Part shown: positions 46,254 to 55,505 of the stretch, piece after piece
Position numbering within the stretch: the first letter of the stretch is position 1
Layout: each line of letters opens with the position of its first letter
NCBI GenBank assembly: GCA_963758325.1
Contig: CAVWUZ010000005.1
Location: 49,087 to 113,086, forward strand
DNA from: an uncultured Actinomycetota bacterium
GTDB taxonomy: Bacteria > Actinomycetota > Actinomycetes > Mycobacteriales > Jatrophihabitantaceae
Reading direction: 5' to 3'
Length of the DNA: 64,000 nt
The notes under the pieces: generated by a model
Databases searched by the model: none
What the model was told of the DNA's origin: nothing
The model's input: the letters and a program-made list of their open reading frames with translations, nothing else
Position numbers and translations under genes: made by a program

Positions 46254-47732
46254 GTGACCACCACCGCGCCGCCCCACCCCGGGCCGGCGCCGGAACAGGC
46301 ACCCGAGCACGCCGCCGAGCAGGCGCCCAGCCGCCGGGACCCCACCACGGCCCGCGCCAGCGAGGTGATCGGCGGCCCGTGGGGACGCCACGCGGTGGCC
46401 GGGCTGTGGTGGACCCCGCTGCGTGTCCTGCTCGCCTTCGCCGCCGTCACCCTGCTGCTCGGCTACGCGCAGAAGAGCCCGTGCGCCGACGGTCAGTGGA
46501 CGGCGTACAAGCAGTACACCCACGTCTGTTACTCCGACGTCGTCCCACTGTGGGGCGGTGAGGGGTTGGAGCAGGGTCAGGTCCCCTACCGCGACCACGC
46601 CGTCGAGTACCCCGTGCTCACCGGCGGGTTCATGGCCGTCACGTCGGTGCTCACCCACGCCGTGCTGGACCTCGAGACCCGCTGGTCCGGCGTGATCGTG
46701 TTCGGCGCGATCACCGCGTTCCTGCTCGCGGCGTGCGGGCTACTGGCGGTGGCGGCGACCGCCGGCGCGGCGGGACGACGGCCCTACGACGCGGCGATCT
46801 TCGCACTGTCGCCACTGCTGGTCTTCCACGCCTTCTCGAACTGGGACCTGTTCGCCATGGCCCTGGCCAGTGGCGCGCTCTGGGCCTGGGCGCGCGACCG
46901 GCCGGTGCTCGCCGGGACGCTCATCGGGCTCGGCACCGCGGCGAAGCTCTACCCCGTGCTGCTGCTGGTCCCGCTCGTACTGCTGGCGGCCCGGACGAGG
47001 GTGGTCCGCCCGGTCGCTTACGCGGTGGCGGCCGCCGTCGTCGCCTGGCTCGCGGTCGACGTCCCAGTCGCGGTGGCGTACTACGGCGGCTGGTCGGAGT
47101 TCTACCGGTTCAGCATCGCGCGCCCGGCCGAGGCCAGCACGGTGTGGTTCATGGGCAACTACCTGAACACGGTCGGCTTCCGCGGCGGCCTCCCGCCGTC
47201 GTGGACGCCGCCGGGCGCCGCTGTCGCCCTGCTGTTGCTCGCGGCGCTGGCCGGGCTGGCGTGGTTGGCGCTCACGGCACCCGCACGCCCGCGAGTCGCC
47301 CAGCTGGCCTTCCTCGCGGTGCTGGCCTTCCTGCTCACGACGAAGGTGTGGAGCCCGCAGTACTCGCTGTGGCTGGTGCCCCTGCTCGCGCTGGCCCGTC
47401 CGCGGTGGCGACTCGCCCTGGTGTGGCAGGCCAGCGAGATCCTGGTCTGGGTGCTCACGCTGCTGTGGCTGGCCGGGTTGGGCGTCCCGTCGCGCGGCCT
47501 GGACTACGGCTGGCTGATGACGGCCCTGCTGCTGCGCGACGCCCTGCTGATCGCTCTCGCGGTGCTCGTCATCCGGGAGATGTGGCACCCGGAGCTCGAC
47601 GTGGTGCGCGCCTCGGGGCTCGACGACCCGGCCGGCGGGCCCTTCGACGGGGTGGCCGCGCCGCCGCTGACCGGCTGGCGTCGTCCGGCGCCCGAGCCGG
47701 ACGCGGACGGGCCGGTCGGCGTCCGCTGGTAA
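46254..47732 (+). CDS. GT87/DUF2029-like polytopic membrane glycosyltransferase (Rv0051-like position)
   Basis: GTG at 46254. It has more than 10 TM helices and the conserved early loop CYSDVVPLW...YRDHAVEYPVLTG. Its position between the PBP gene and rpsF is syntenic. Confidence 0.7.
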   Translation: MTTTAPPHPGPAPEQAPEHAAEQAPSRRDPTTARASEVIGGPWGRHAVAGLWWTPLRVLLAFAAVTLLLGYAQKSPCADGQWTAYKQYTHVCYSDVVPLWGGEGLEQGQVPYRDHAVEYPVLTGGFMAVTSVLTHAVLDLETRWSGVIVFGAITAFLLAACGLLAVAATAGAAGRRPYDAAIFALSPLLVFHAFSNWDLFAMALASGALWAWARDRPVLAGTLIGLGTAAKLYPVLLLVPLVLLAARTRVVRPVAYAVAAAVVAWLAVDVPVAVAYYGGWSEFYRFSIARPAEASTVWFMGNYLNTVGFRGGLPPSWTPPGAAVALLLLAALAGLAWLALTAPARPRVAQLAFLAVLAFLLTTKVWSPQYSLWLVPLLALARPRWRLALVWQASEILVWVLTLLWLAGLGVPSRGLDYGWLMTALLLRDALLIALAVLVIREMWHPELDVVRASGLDDPAGGPFDGVAAPPLTGWRRPAPEPDADGPVGVRW

Positions 47733-47744
47733 GCTGACACGGTT

Positions 47745-47837
47745 CGGGCGGGGCCGCGCAGACCGCGGCACGACCCGCCCGCCTCCTGCCACGGACCGTC
47801 CGTGGCCGCCGGAGTCCACAGGAGGACTGGCAGCCGC
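47745..47837 (+). promoter_or_regulatory. structured 5' leader of the rpsF-ssb-rpsR-rplI operon (candidate S6:S18-binding leader)
   Basis: Nested stems CGGGCGGG/CCCGCCCG (47745..47752 with 47774..47781) and GCCGCG/CGCGGC. A second hairpin is CCACGGA-CCG-TCCGTGG (47789..47805). The RBS AGGAGG is at 47820..47825. Confidence 0.35.
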
Positions 47838-48128
47838 ATGCGCCGCTACGAAGTCATGGTCATCCTCGACCCCTCGCTCGAGGAGCGGACGATCACCCCG
47901 TCCCTCGACACGTTCCTCAACGTCGTGAAGAACGCCGGCGGCAGCGTCGAGAAGGTCGACGTCTGGGGGTCGCGCCGCCTGGCTTTCGAGATCGACAAGC
48001 ACACCGAGGGCATCTACGCGGTCATCGACCTGACCGCTGAGCCCGCCGCCGTGCTCGAGCTCGACCGTCAGCTCAACCTCAACGAGTCCGTCCTGCGGAC
48101 CAAGGTCATCCGCCCGGACGTGCGCTGA
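47838..48128 (+). CDS. rpsF: 30S ribosomal protein S6
   Basis: [16 protein letters not shown]..., with the ATG at 47838 downstream of AGGAGG. Confidence 0.95.
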   Translation: MRRYEVMVILDPSLEERTITPSLDTFLNVVKNAGGSVEKVDVWGSRRLAFEIDKHTEGIYAVIDLTAEPAAVLELDRQLNLNESVLRTKVIRPDVR

Positions 48129-48688
48129 TGGCCGGCGAAACGGTCCTCACCGTCGTCGGCAACCTCACCGCCGACCCGGAGCTGCGCTTCACCCCCTCCG
48201 GTGCGGCCGTGGCGTCGTTCACCGTCGCCTCCACCCCGCGCACCTTCGACCGCGCGAGCAACGAGTGGAAAGACGGCGAGGCGCTGTTCCTGCGTTGCTC
48301 GATCTGGCGCCAGGCGGCGGAGAACGTCGCCGAGACGCTGCAGCGCGGGATGCGCGTCATCGTCTCCGGCCGGCTCAAGCAGCGCAGCTTCGAGACCCGC
48401 GAGGGCGAGAAGCGCACCGTCATCGAACTCGACGTCGACGAGATCGGCCCGTCGCTGCGTTACGCGACCGCCAAGGTCAACCGCACCCAGCGCGGCTCGT
48501 CCGGCGGCGGGTTCGGCGCCTCCGGCGGCGGCGACTTCGGCGGGTCCACAGGTGGCTCCGGTGGCTCCGGTGGCTCCGGTGGTTCCGGTGGTCCGGGCGG
48601 GTCCTCCGGCGGCCAGTCCGCCGCAGCCGACGACCCCTGGAGCACCGGCCCGTCCTCCGGCGGCTTCTCCGACGAGCCCCCCTTCTGA
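48128..48688 (+). CDS. ssb: single-stranded DNA-binding protein
   Basis: OB fold ([27 protein letters not shown]), a Gly-rich linker and the acidic tip DEPPF. Confidence 0.95.
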   Translation: MAGETVLTVVGNLTADPELRFTPSGAAVASFTVASTPRTFDRASNEWKDGEALFLRCSIWRQAAENVAETLQRGMRVIVSGRLKQRSFETREGEKRTVIELDVDEIGPSLRYATAKVNRTQRGSSGGGFGASGGGDFGGSTGGSGGSGGSGGSGGPGGSSGGQSAAADDPWSTGPSSGGFSDEPPF

Positions 48689-48701
48689 TCAGGAGCACCC
48701 C

Positions 48702-48938
48702 ATGCCCAAGCCACCCGTGCGCAAGCCGAAGAAGAAGCAGAACCCGCTGGCCGCGGCCAAGATCGGCTACATCGATTACAAGGACACCGCGCTGCTGCGC
48801 AAGTTCATCTCCGACCGCGGCAAGATCCGCGCCCGCCGCGTCACCGGCGTGAGCGCCCAGCAGCAGCGGCAGATCGCCACCGCGATCAAGAACGCCCGCG
48901 AGATGGCCCTGCTCCCCTACACCTCGACGGCGCGCTGA
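48702..48938 (+). CDS. rpsR: 30S ribosomal protein S18
   Basis: [29 protein letters not shown] at 48702, after AGGAG. Confidence 0.95.
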   Translation: MPKPPVRKPKKKQNPLAAAKIGYIDYKDTALLRKFISDRGKIRARRVTGVSAQQQRQIATAIKNAREMALLPYTSTAR

Positions 48939-48940
48939 CC

Positions 48941-49387
48941 ATGAAGCTCATCCTCACCCGCGAGGTCGCGAACCTCGGCGGCGCCGGCGACATCGTCGAG
49001 GTCGCCGACGGCTACGGCCGCAACTACCTCGTCCCGCAGGGCTCGGCGATCAGCTGGAGCAAGGGCGCGGAGAAGCAGATCTCCCAGATCCGCCGTGCCC
49101 GCGACGCGCGCACCGTGCGCGACCTCGGACACGCCCAGGAGCTGAAAGCCGAGCTCGAGGCGTTGACCGTGACGCTGCACGCCCGCGCCGGGCAGGGCGG
49201 CCGGCTGTTCGGGTCGGTCACCTCCGGCGACGTCGCCGAGGCGATCAAGGCCGCCGGCGGTCCGAGCGTGGAACGCAAGCGCATCCACGTCGCCGGCTCG
49301 ATCAAGACCACCGGCTCGCACGCCGTCACAGTGGAACTGGCCCCGGAGGTCGTCGCCTCCGTGCCGCTGACGGTCACCGCGCAGTAG
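48941..49387 (+). CDS. rplI: 50S ribosomal protein L9
   Basis: MKLILTREVANLGGAGDIVEVADGYGRNYL. Confidence 0.95.
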   Translation: MKLILTREVANLGGAGDIVEVADGYGRNYLVPQGSAISWSKGAEKQISQIRRARDARTVRDLGHAQELKAELEALTVTLHARAGQGGRLFGSVTSGDVAEAIKAAGGPSVERKRIHVAGSIKTTGSHAVTVELAPEVVASVPLTVTAQ

Positions 49388-49474
49388 CCCTCGCACCCGG
49401 CGCGGCGCCGTGCAGTCCAGGGTCCGAAGGACCACGGGAACTGCACGACGCTTGCGTCCTGCTGGGAGACTCCG

Positions 49475-50098
49475 GTGATGCCGGAGATCACGACTGAGGC
49501 CGAGCTCCGCGAGCTGGTCGGCGAGCCGTCCGCACCTGCGCTGCGCAAGGAGCGGCGCGCGCTGCACGAGCTGGACCGGCAGTGGTTGGCGGCGTCCCCG
49601 TTCTGCCTGCTGGCCACCAGCGGCGCGGACGGGACGTGCGACGTCTCCCCGAAGGGCGACCCGCCCGGCTTCACGCTCGTCCTCGACGACACGACGATCG
49701 CGCTGCCCGAGCGTCCCGGGAACCGCCGGCTGGACGGGTTCCGGAACATCCTGGCCAACCCGCACGTCGGGCTCGTCTACTTCCTGCCCGGTCGAGGCGA
49801 CACCCTGCGGATCAACGGTCGCGCCCGGCTGCTGCGGGACGCGCCGTTCGCCGAACGGATGACGGTGCGGGGGCACGCGCCGGCGGTCGTGCTCCTCGTC
49901 GAGATCGAGCAGGTCTTCCACCACTGCTCGAAGGCGTTGCTCCGCTCGCAGCTGTGGGACCCGGCGAGCTGGCGTCCGGAGGCCGTCGCCCGCCGTGCGG
50001 TCATCGCTCGCACCCTCGAGCGGCCCGAGCGCGAGCTCGCGGACCTCGACGCCTACTACGCCGCCGGCTACGACCAGAAGCTGTACGAGCTCGGCTGA
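49475..50098 (+). CDS. PPOX-class FMN-dependent flavoprotein (pyridoxamine 5'-phosphate oxidase family)
   Basis: Motifs FCLLATSGADGTCDVSPKGDPPGF, NILANPHVGLVYFLPG and GDTLRINGRA. Confidence 0.75.
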   Translation: MMPEITTEAELRELVGEPSAPALRKERRALHELDRQWLAASPFCLLATSGADGTCDVSPKGDPPGFTLVLDDTTIALPERPGNRRLDGFRNILANPHVGLVYFLPGRGDTLRINGRARLLRDAPFAERMTVRGHAPAVVLLVEIEQVFHHCSKALLRSQLWDPASWRPEAVARRAVIARTLERPERELADLDAYYAAGYDQKLYELG

Positions 50099-50350
50099 CC
50101 TGCGCAGCAACTGCTCGTCCACAGCTGGGGATGCGTTGGGCCGCCGTTCCCCGGCGGTGCGAGCTCCCGTCGCCTGCCGGTTGAGCAGAAGCGCACAACC
50201 CGTCCACACGGGACTCCCCGCGACACGCCGCGTCGTCCCCAGGCTGTGCACAGGCCTGTGCACAGCCGGTTTTGGCGTGTCGCACGCGACCTTCCTAGCG
50301 TTCGGCGCGCTCCCGGCAGTTCTTGTCGTACCCCTCGGGTAGCACTGACG

Positions 50351-50451
50351 TTCGACAGGACTGGTCTTCGACAAGCACTCGTGTTCGACAAGCGCTCGTG
50401 TTCGACAACCACTGAGGTTCGACAAGCACTGAGGTTCGACAAGCACCACCG
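50351..50451 (+). repeat. six tandem 16/17-nt direct repeats with core TTCGACAAGCAC
   Basis: TTCGAC starts at 50351, 50367, 50384, 50401, 50418 and 50435. The period is not a multiple of 3. The array ends 36 nt before the dnaB GTG. Confidence 0.9.
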
Positions 50452-50486
50452 CGTCCGCCGCCGAACAGCCGGAGAGCCGAACCGCC

Positions 50487-51869
50487 GTGACAGTCGCCCA
50501 GGGAAGCCTCGAGAGTCGTCCCGCGTCGGCGGTCCCGTTCGACCGCACGCCGCCGCAGGACGTCGACGCCGAGCAGTCGGTGCTCGGCGCGATGCTGCTG
50601 TCCAAGGACGCCATCGCCGACGTCGTCGAGGTCATCCGGCCGACGGACTTCTACCGCCCGGCGCACCAGCTGGTGTACGACGCGGTGCTCGACCTGTACT
50701 CGCGCGGGGAGCCCGCCGACGCGGTGACGGTGTCCGCGGAGCTCACCCGCACCGGCCAGCTGGGTCGCGTCGGGGGCGCGGCGTACCTGCACACGCTGGT
50801 CCAGTTCGTGCCGACGGCGGCCAACGCCGGCTACTACGCGCAGATCGTCGCGGAGAAGGCGGTGCTGCGCCGGCTGGTCACCGCCGGCACCCGGATCGTC
50901 CAAATGGGCTACGACACGGCCTCCGGCGCCGGGATGACCGGCAGCGTCGACGACGTCGTCGACCGCGCGCAGGCCGAGGTGTACGAGGTCACCGAGCGGC
51001 GCACCAGCGAGGACTACCTGGCGCTCTCCGAGCTGCTGCAGCCGACGATGGACGAGCTGGAGCGCATCGATTCCAGCGGCGGCCTGGGTTACGGCATCCC
51101 GACCGGCTTCTCGGCGATCGACGACATCACGAACGGCCTGCACGGCGGCCAGATGATCACCCTGGCGGGCCGGCCGGGCTCGGGCAAGTCGACCCTCGCG
51201 CTCGACTTCGCCCGGCACGCGGCTGTGCGCGCGCAGAAGCCGACGTGCATCTTCTCCCTGGAGATGGGCCGGCTGGAGATCATGATGCGGCTGCTGTCCG
51301 CCGAGGCGACCGTGACGCTGTCCGCGATGCGCGCGGGCAAGATGACCGACCAGGACTGGACCCGGGTGGCCCGCCGTTCCGGCGACCTCGCCGACGCGCC
51401 GCTGTTCATCGACGACTCGCCGAACCTCACGATGATGGAGATCCGGGCGAAGGCGCGGCGGCTGCGTCAGCGTCACGACCTCGGCATGGTCGTCGTCGAC
51501 TACCTGCAGCTCATGGTGAGCGGCAAGCGGGTGGAGTCGCGGCAGCAGGAGGTCAGCGAGTTCAGCCGGTCGATGAAGCTGCTCGCGAAGGAGCTCGAGG
51601 TGCCCGTGGTCGTGCTGTCGCAGCTGAACCGGTCCTCGGAGCAACGCCAGGACAAGAAGCCGATGCTGTCCGACCTGCGCGAGTCGGGATCCATCGAGCA
51701 GGACTCCGACGTCGTGATGCTCGTCCACCGGGAGGACATGTACGAACCCGAATCACCGCGCGCCGGAGAGGCCGACATCATCATCGCCAAGCACCGCAAC
51801 GGCCCGACCGCAACGGTGCCGGTCGCGTTCCAGGGCCGCTACAGCCGTTTCGCTGACATGCCCAGTTGA
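50487..51869 (+). CDS. dnaB: replicative DNA helicase DnaB (no intein)
   Basis: PPQDVDAEQSVLGAMLL, Walker A GRPGSGKST and VVDYLQLM. At 460 aa it is uninterrupted. Confidence 0.95.
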   Translation: MTVAQGSLESRPASAVPFDRTPPQDVDAEQSVLGAMLLSKDAIADVVEVIRPTDFYRPAHQLVYDAVLDLYSRGEPADAVTVSAELTRTGQLGRVGGAAYLHTLVQFVPTAANAGYYAQIVAEKAVLRRLVTAGTRIVQMGYDTASGAGMTGSVDDVVDRAQAEVYEVTERRTSEDYLALSELLQPTMDELERIDSSGGLGYGIPTGFSAIDDITNGLHGGQMITLAGRPGSGKSTLALDFARHAAVRAQKPTCIFSLEMGRLEIMMRLLSAEATVTLSAMRAGKMTDQDWTRVARRSGDLADAPLFIDDSPNLTMMEIRAKARRLRQRHDLGMVVVDYLQLMVSGKRVESRQQEVSEFSRSMKLLAKELEVPVVVLSQLNRSSEQRQDKKPMLSDLRESGSIEQDSDVVMLVHREDMYEPESPRAGEADIIIAKHRNGPTATVPVAFQGRYSRFADMPS

Positions 51870-52396
51870 GATGCTGCGCATCTTCTAACCTGAGAATCGG
51901 CACGCAACTTGAGACGAGTTGAGACTGGAAGGGCTTGCACGGGTCTTCTTGAGACGACGATGCCTCGACTCGTCACCTCGGACGCTGCTCGGCGGTGAGC
52001 GCGGGACGAGCGGCGCGAGGCTCGCGGCTCGCACCGCGGGACGTCCCTGGGGGTGCGGCGGTGCCTAGAGCGCTGCGAGTCATCCGTCGACGACGTCACG
52101 CCGTCGAGATGACGGAGTCGCATGCCGATCGCTGACCGGGCGCCGCCAGCCGCGCGGATCGGCCTGCGATGTCCGCGCAGTGCAGCGTGGCGGGGCGTCT
52201 CAGTTCGACGGTCCGTTCCGCATGGCTGAATCGATAGGTGCGTCCCTCGACACGATCCGAGGTCAGTGGCGTCAGCGCAGTGCACCGCGGAGGCAGTGCG
52301 CGAGCGACCGTGGTGTGGTGCGCTGTACGCCCCGGCGGGGCGGGACAGTGCGTCAGGACTGGCCCGCGCGACTGGGACTTCCGCCGCCGGAGGCGT

Positions 52397-53755
52397 TCAG
52401 ATCGCCGTGGAGGTGCGGACGGCGTGGACGACGTCGTCGATGGCGTGGGCGGACACGGCTGCGCCGCGTTGTTCCTCGAGCAGGCCGCTGTGGCTCACGT
52501 CGGCGTGAAGGTGGCTGCTGTTGGTGGAGAGGGCCGCCATCCGATCTTGGGCGGTCGCCCAGTCCGGGTCGCCGTCGTGGCCGGCGGCGGTGATGACCAC
52601 TGTGGGCGTGCTGGCGAGGGTTTCCAGGGTCCGGGTTCGGCTGAGCAGCGCTGGGAGGGTGGCGTATTCGTCGCAGGTGTTGCGCCAGCCGCGGGGGCTT
52701 GAGGCGAACGCTCGGACCTGCCCGGCCGCTGGCTGCGGCAGCGCCGACCAGAATGCGATCGGTAGCAGGCGTCCGATTCCGAGGCGCGCCAAGCTGGGCA
52801 GTAGGGCGACCATGGCGGGCGGGGCGCCGTCGCTGGGACTGGTGCTGGCCGAGCGGTAGGGGTCGGTGGCGTCGAGGAGGACCATTCCGGCGACCTGCTT
52901 CGGGAAGCGGGTGGCGTAGGTCATCGCGTAGTCGCCGCCGATGGAGTGCCCGACGAGGACGAACGGCCCGCGCTCGCCGGCCTGGTGCAGCAGCGTGTGC
53001 AGCTCGTCGGTGGCCTGCAGGCCGTCCTGGGGGTGCGGCGCGGACTCGCTCCAGCCCTGCCCGGCGCGGTCGTAGGCGCAGACCCGGGTGGTCGAGCTGA
53101 CCGCGGGGGTGATCCGGCTCCAATTCGCTGATGTCTCGCCGAGCCCGTTCTGCAGCACGACGGTGGGGCTGCCGGAGCCGACGCAGTACAGGTGCAGCCG
53201 GTAACCGCCGACGTCGTACAAGCGCCCGGGCATGGCGTGGTCGCGCTGGTCGGTGGCCAGCCCGACGGTTTCGAGCATGCCGCCGGCCGCAACCGAGGCC
53301 ATGACTGCGGCGACGGGGTAGAGCAGCCAACGGCCGCTGCCACGAGCGAGACCCCGACGGGCCCGCACCGTCATCCACGCGGTGAGGACAAGCAGTGCAG
53401 GCGGCCAGCCCCAGCCGGCGGCGGTCAGCAGCCGGTCATCCGGCGCGGTCATCACCAGCACCAAGCCGGTGCCGGCCATGCCAGCGGCCGGCACGAGCGC
53501 CCACCGCTGCGGCCGGTCGGTCCTCCACGCGGACACCAGCGCCAGCAGGGTCCAGCCGACAGCGAACCCGAGCAGAGCGACCCCGGTGATGACGTGTTCG
53601 GGCGCGCCAGGGAAGACGACGAGGGTGAGGACGGCGGCGCTGGCCGCCCCCGTGATCAGTGAGCCGGCGACGATCCGGCGAAGAGCGCCGCTGTGGGCCG
53701 CACGGTCGGTCGTCAGCACAGACGCAGGCGCGCCGGTCGAGAGCGAGCTGGTCAT
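52397..53755 (-). CDS. alpha/beta hydrolase with an N-terminal multi-TM anchor
   Basis: About 4 N-terminal TM helices, followed by VVLQNGLGE, the nucleophile elbow GHSIGG and a C-terminal His region. Confidence 0.75.
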   Translation of the reverse strand: MTSSLSTGAPASVLTTDRAAHSGALRRIVAGSLITGAASAAVLTLVVFPGAPEHVITGVALLGFAVGWTLLALVSAWRTDRPQRWALVPAAGMAGTGLVLVMTAPDDRLLTAAGWGWPPALLVLTAWMTVRARRGLARGSGRWLLYPVAAVMASVAAGGMLETVGLATDQRDHAMPGRLYDVGGYRLHLYCVGSGSPTVVLQNGLGETSANWSRITPAVSSTTRVCAYDRAGQGWSESAPHPQDGLQATDELHTLLHQAGERGPFVLVGHSIGGDYAMTYATRFPKQVAGMVLLDATDPYRSASTSPSDGAPPAMVALLPSLARLGIGRLLPIAFWSALPQPAAGQVRAFASSPRGWRNTCDEYATLPALLSRTRTLETLASTPTVVITAAGHDGDPDWATAQDRMAALSTNSSHLHADVSHSGLLEEQRGAAVSAHAIDDVVHAVRTSTAI

Positions 53756-53791
53756 CGGAAGTCTCCTGGGGAAGACGAGTTCACGGACCGG

Positions 53792-55387
53792 TCAGTGGCC
53801 GTGGCCGGGGTGGCCGGCGTGGCCGGCGTGGCCGGCGTGGCCGGCGTGGCCGGCGTGGCCGGCGTGCGGGTCGTGGCCGGTGTGGCCGGCCGCGGCGAAG
53901 GGTTTGCCTCCTGGGACGGCGAGCGCGGCGAACACGAACAAGACGGCGAGGAGGGCAGCGGTGGCGAGGAAGGCCTGGCCGTAACCGTCGATCAGTGCGG
54001 TGTGGGTGGCCATGCTGCCGGCGACGGCGGTCAGCACAGCAACACCGAGTGCGGCGCCGACCTCGTGTCCGGTCATCATCAGGCCCGACGCGAGCCCCGC
54101 CTTGTCCGCGGGCACGTCGCTGAGCGCGGCAACCGAGATGGCAACGAACATCGGTCCGGCGCCCGCACCGAGGAGCAGGAACCCCGGCAGCACGTCGCTG
54201 AGGTAGGAGCTGCCGCCGGCATGGCCGGCGAGGAACAGGGCCCCTGCGGCCATGACGACCAGGCCGGCGAGGATGAGCGTACGAGCGCCGAGCTGACCGA
54301 TGAGCTTCGATGCGGCAGCGGCGGCGAGGGTGATGGCGGCGGCCAGCGGCAGGAACTGCACGCCGGCGATGATCGGGGAAGCCCCGAGAATGGTTTGCAG
54401 GTCGCGCGAGGACAGAAACACTGCGCCGACGACAGCGCCGGTGACCCCGGCCATGACTGTTGACGCGGAGGTCAGCGATCGGATCCGCCAGGTCGCGGGC
54501 GGCACCAGTGGGTCTGCGGCGCGGCGTTCCAGGCGGCCGAAAGCGGTCAGCAGCACGGCGGCGGCGGCCAGCGGAATCCAGGTACGCGGCGAGGTCCAGC
54601 CGGCCGAGCGGGTGGCCTCGATGCCGAACACCGCCGCGAGCAACCCGGCGACGATGGTCAGCGCTCCGGGGATGTCGAGCGTGCGCGGCGCGCGCGGCTT
54701 GCTGACGACGGGCACCGCGCGGGTGGTACCGGCGATCACGGCGACGCCGATCGGCACGTTGATGAAGAACACGGCTCGCCAGCCCAGCGCGCTGGTCATG
54801 GCGCCGCCGAAGAGCACCCCGGCGGCGATGCCGAGGCTGCCCACGGTGCCCCAGATCGCCAGGGCGGTCTGTCGTTGCCGTCCGGCGTACGCGGTGGCGA
54901 TGATCGCCAGTGCGGCCGGGGTGAGCAACGCCGCCCCGGCGCCTTGGACGGCGCGCGCGGTGATGAGCGTGAGCGGTGTCTGTGCGAGGCCGCTGGCCAG
55001 GGAGGCCGCCGTGAACAGTCCGGCACCGGCGAGGAACGACGAGCGCCGGTTGAACATGTCGGCGATGCGTCCACCGAGCAGCAGCAAACCGCCGGAGAGC
55101 AGCACGTAGGCCGAGACGGTCCACTGGTAGTCCGCGGCCGACAGGTGCAGGCCGTCGCTGATCGATGGCAGCGCGACGTTCACTACAGAGACGTCCAGGA
55201 TGACCATGGCCTGAGCAGCGATCATCAGCGCGAACACCGTCCACGGCCGGCGCGACTCACGGTCATCCGATGATGCCGGCGGCTGCTGACCGTGCCGGTG
55301 GGCCGTGGGCTGGCCGCGGAGCCCGTCGTGGCCGTGGTGGTTCGGGTGGACGGGAGCTGCGGGGTCAGCGGCGGGATGGATCGTCAT
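53792..55387 (-). CDS. DHA2-type MFS efflux transporter with His-rich N- and C-terminal tails
   Basis: MVILDVSVVNVALPSI and about 14 TM helices. I chose the ATG at 55387. The N-tail is HPNHHGH..HRH, and the C-tail is (GHA)n. Confidence 0.8.
   Translation of the reverse strand: MTIHPAADPAAPVHPNHHGHDGLRGQPTAHRHGQQPPASSDDRESRRPWTVFALMIAAQAMVILDVSVVNVALPSISDGLHLSAADYQWTVSAYVLLSGGLLLLGGRIADMFNRRSSFLAGAGLFTAASLASGLAQTPLTLITARAVQGAGAALLTPAALAIIATAYAGRQRQTALAIWGTVGSLGIAAGVLFGGAMTSALGWRAVFFINVPIGVAVIAGTTRAVPVVSKPRAPRTLDIPGALTIVAGLLAAVFGIEATRSAGWTSPRTWIPLAAAAVLLTAFGRLERRAADPLVPPATWRIRSLTSASTVMAGVTGAVVGAVFLSSRDLQTILGASPIIAGVQFLPLAAAITLAAAAASKLIGQLGARTLILAGLVVMAAGALFLAGHAGGSSYLSDVLPGFLLLGAGAGPMFVAISVAALSDVPADKAGLASGLMMTGHEVGAALGVAVLTAVAGSMATHTALIDGYGQAFLATAALLAVLFVFAALAVPGGKPFAAAGHTGHDPHAGHAGHAGHAGHAGHAGHPGHGH
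53795..53890. repeat. 9-nt tandem repeat GTGGCCGGC, about 10.5 copies
   Basis: Read directly from the sequence. On the minus strand it encodes AAGHTGHDPHAGHAGHAGHAGHAGHAGHPGHGH at the C-terminus of the MFS gene. Confidence 0.9.
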
Positions 55388-55505
55388 GGCGCCTCCCAGG
55401 CGGGTTCGGGGCGGGGCGGGTGTGGCTGTCACGGTGGCCGGCGGGCGTGTCGCTCACACCGGTGATTTCGCCGGGGTTCGCTCCGCCGCTGGGTACCGTC
55501 AGGCC

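Noticed and set aside
48540-48600. GGTGGCTCC-type 9-nt repeats inside ssb
   Set aside because: They encode the normal Gly/Ser-rich disordered linker of SSB, which is expected low complexity.
50351-50451. 17-nt repeats considered as a DnaA-box cluster or secondary origin
   Set aside because: The best alignment to TTGTCCACA is only 6 of 9 positions. No AT-rich unwinding element is adjacent. The array is kept as an unexplained repeat rather than an origin.
50487-51869. Possible intein in dnaB (common in actinobacteria)
   Set aside because: The ORF is 460 aa with contiguous helicase motifs, so no insertion is present.
51839-52285. 148-aa minus-strand ORF in the post-dnaB gap
   Set aside because: It is Arg-rich with no hydrophobic core or motifs and overlaps the dnaB stop. 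An alternative frame (...SDRVEGRTYRFSHAERTVELRRP...) was also unrecognisable.
55305-55505. Track start of the LuxR-type regulator at 55305
   Set aside because: It would overlap the divergent MFS gene by 83 nt and add a Gly/Arg/Trp-rich non-homologous head. Family members start close to the (L/V)xGRDAE motif.
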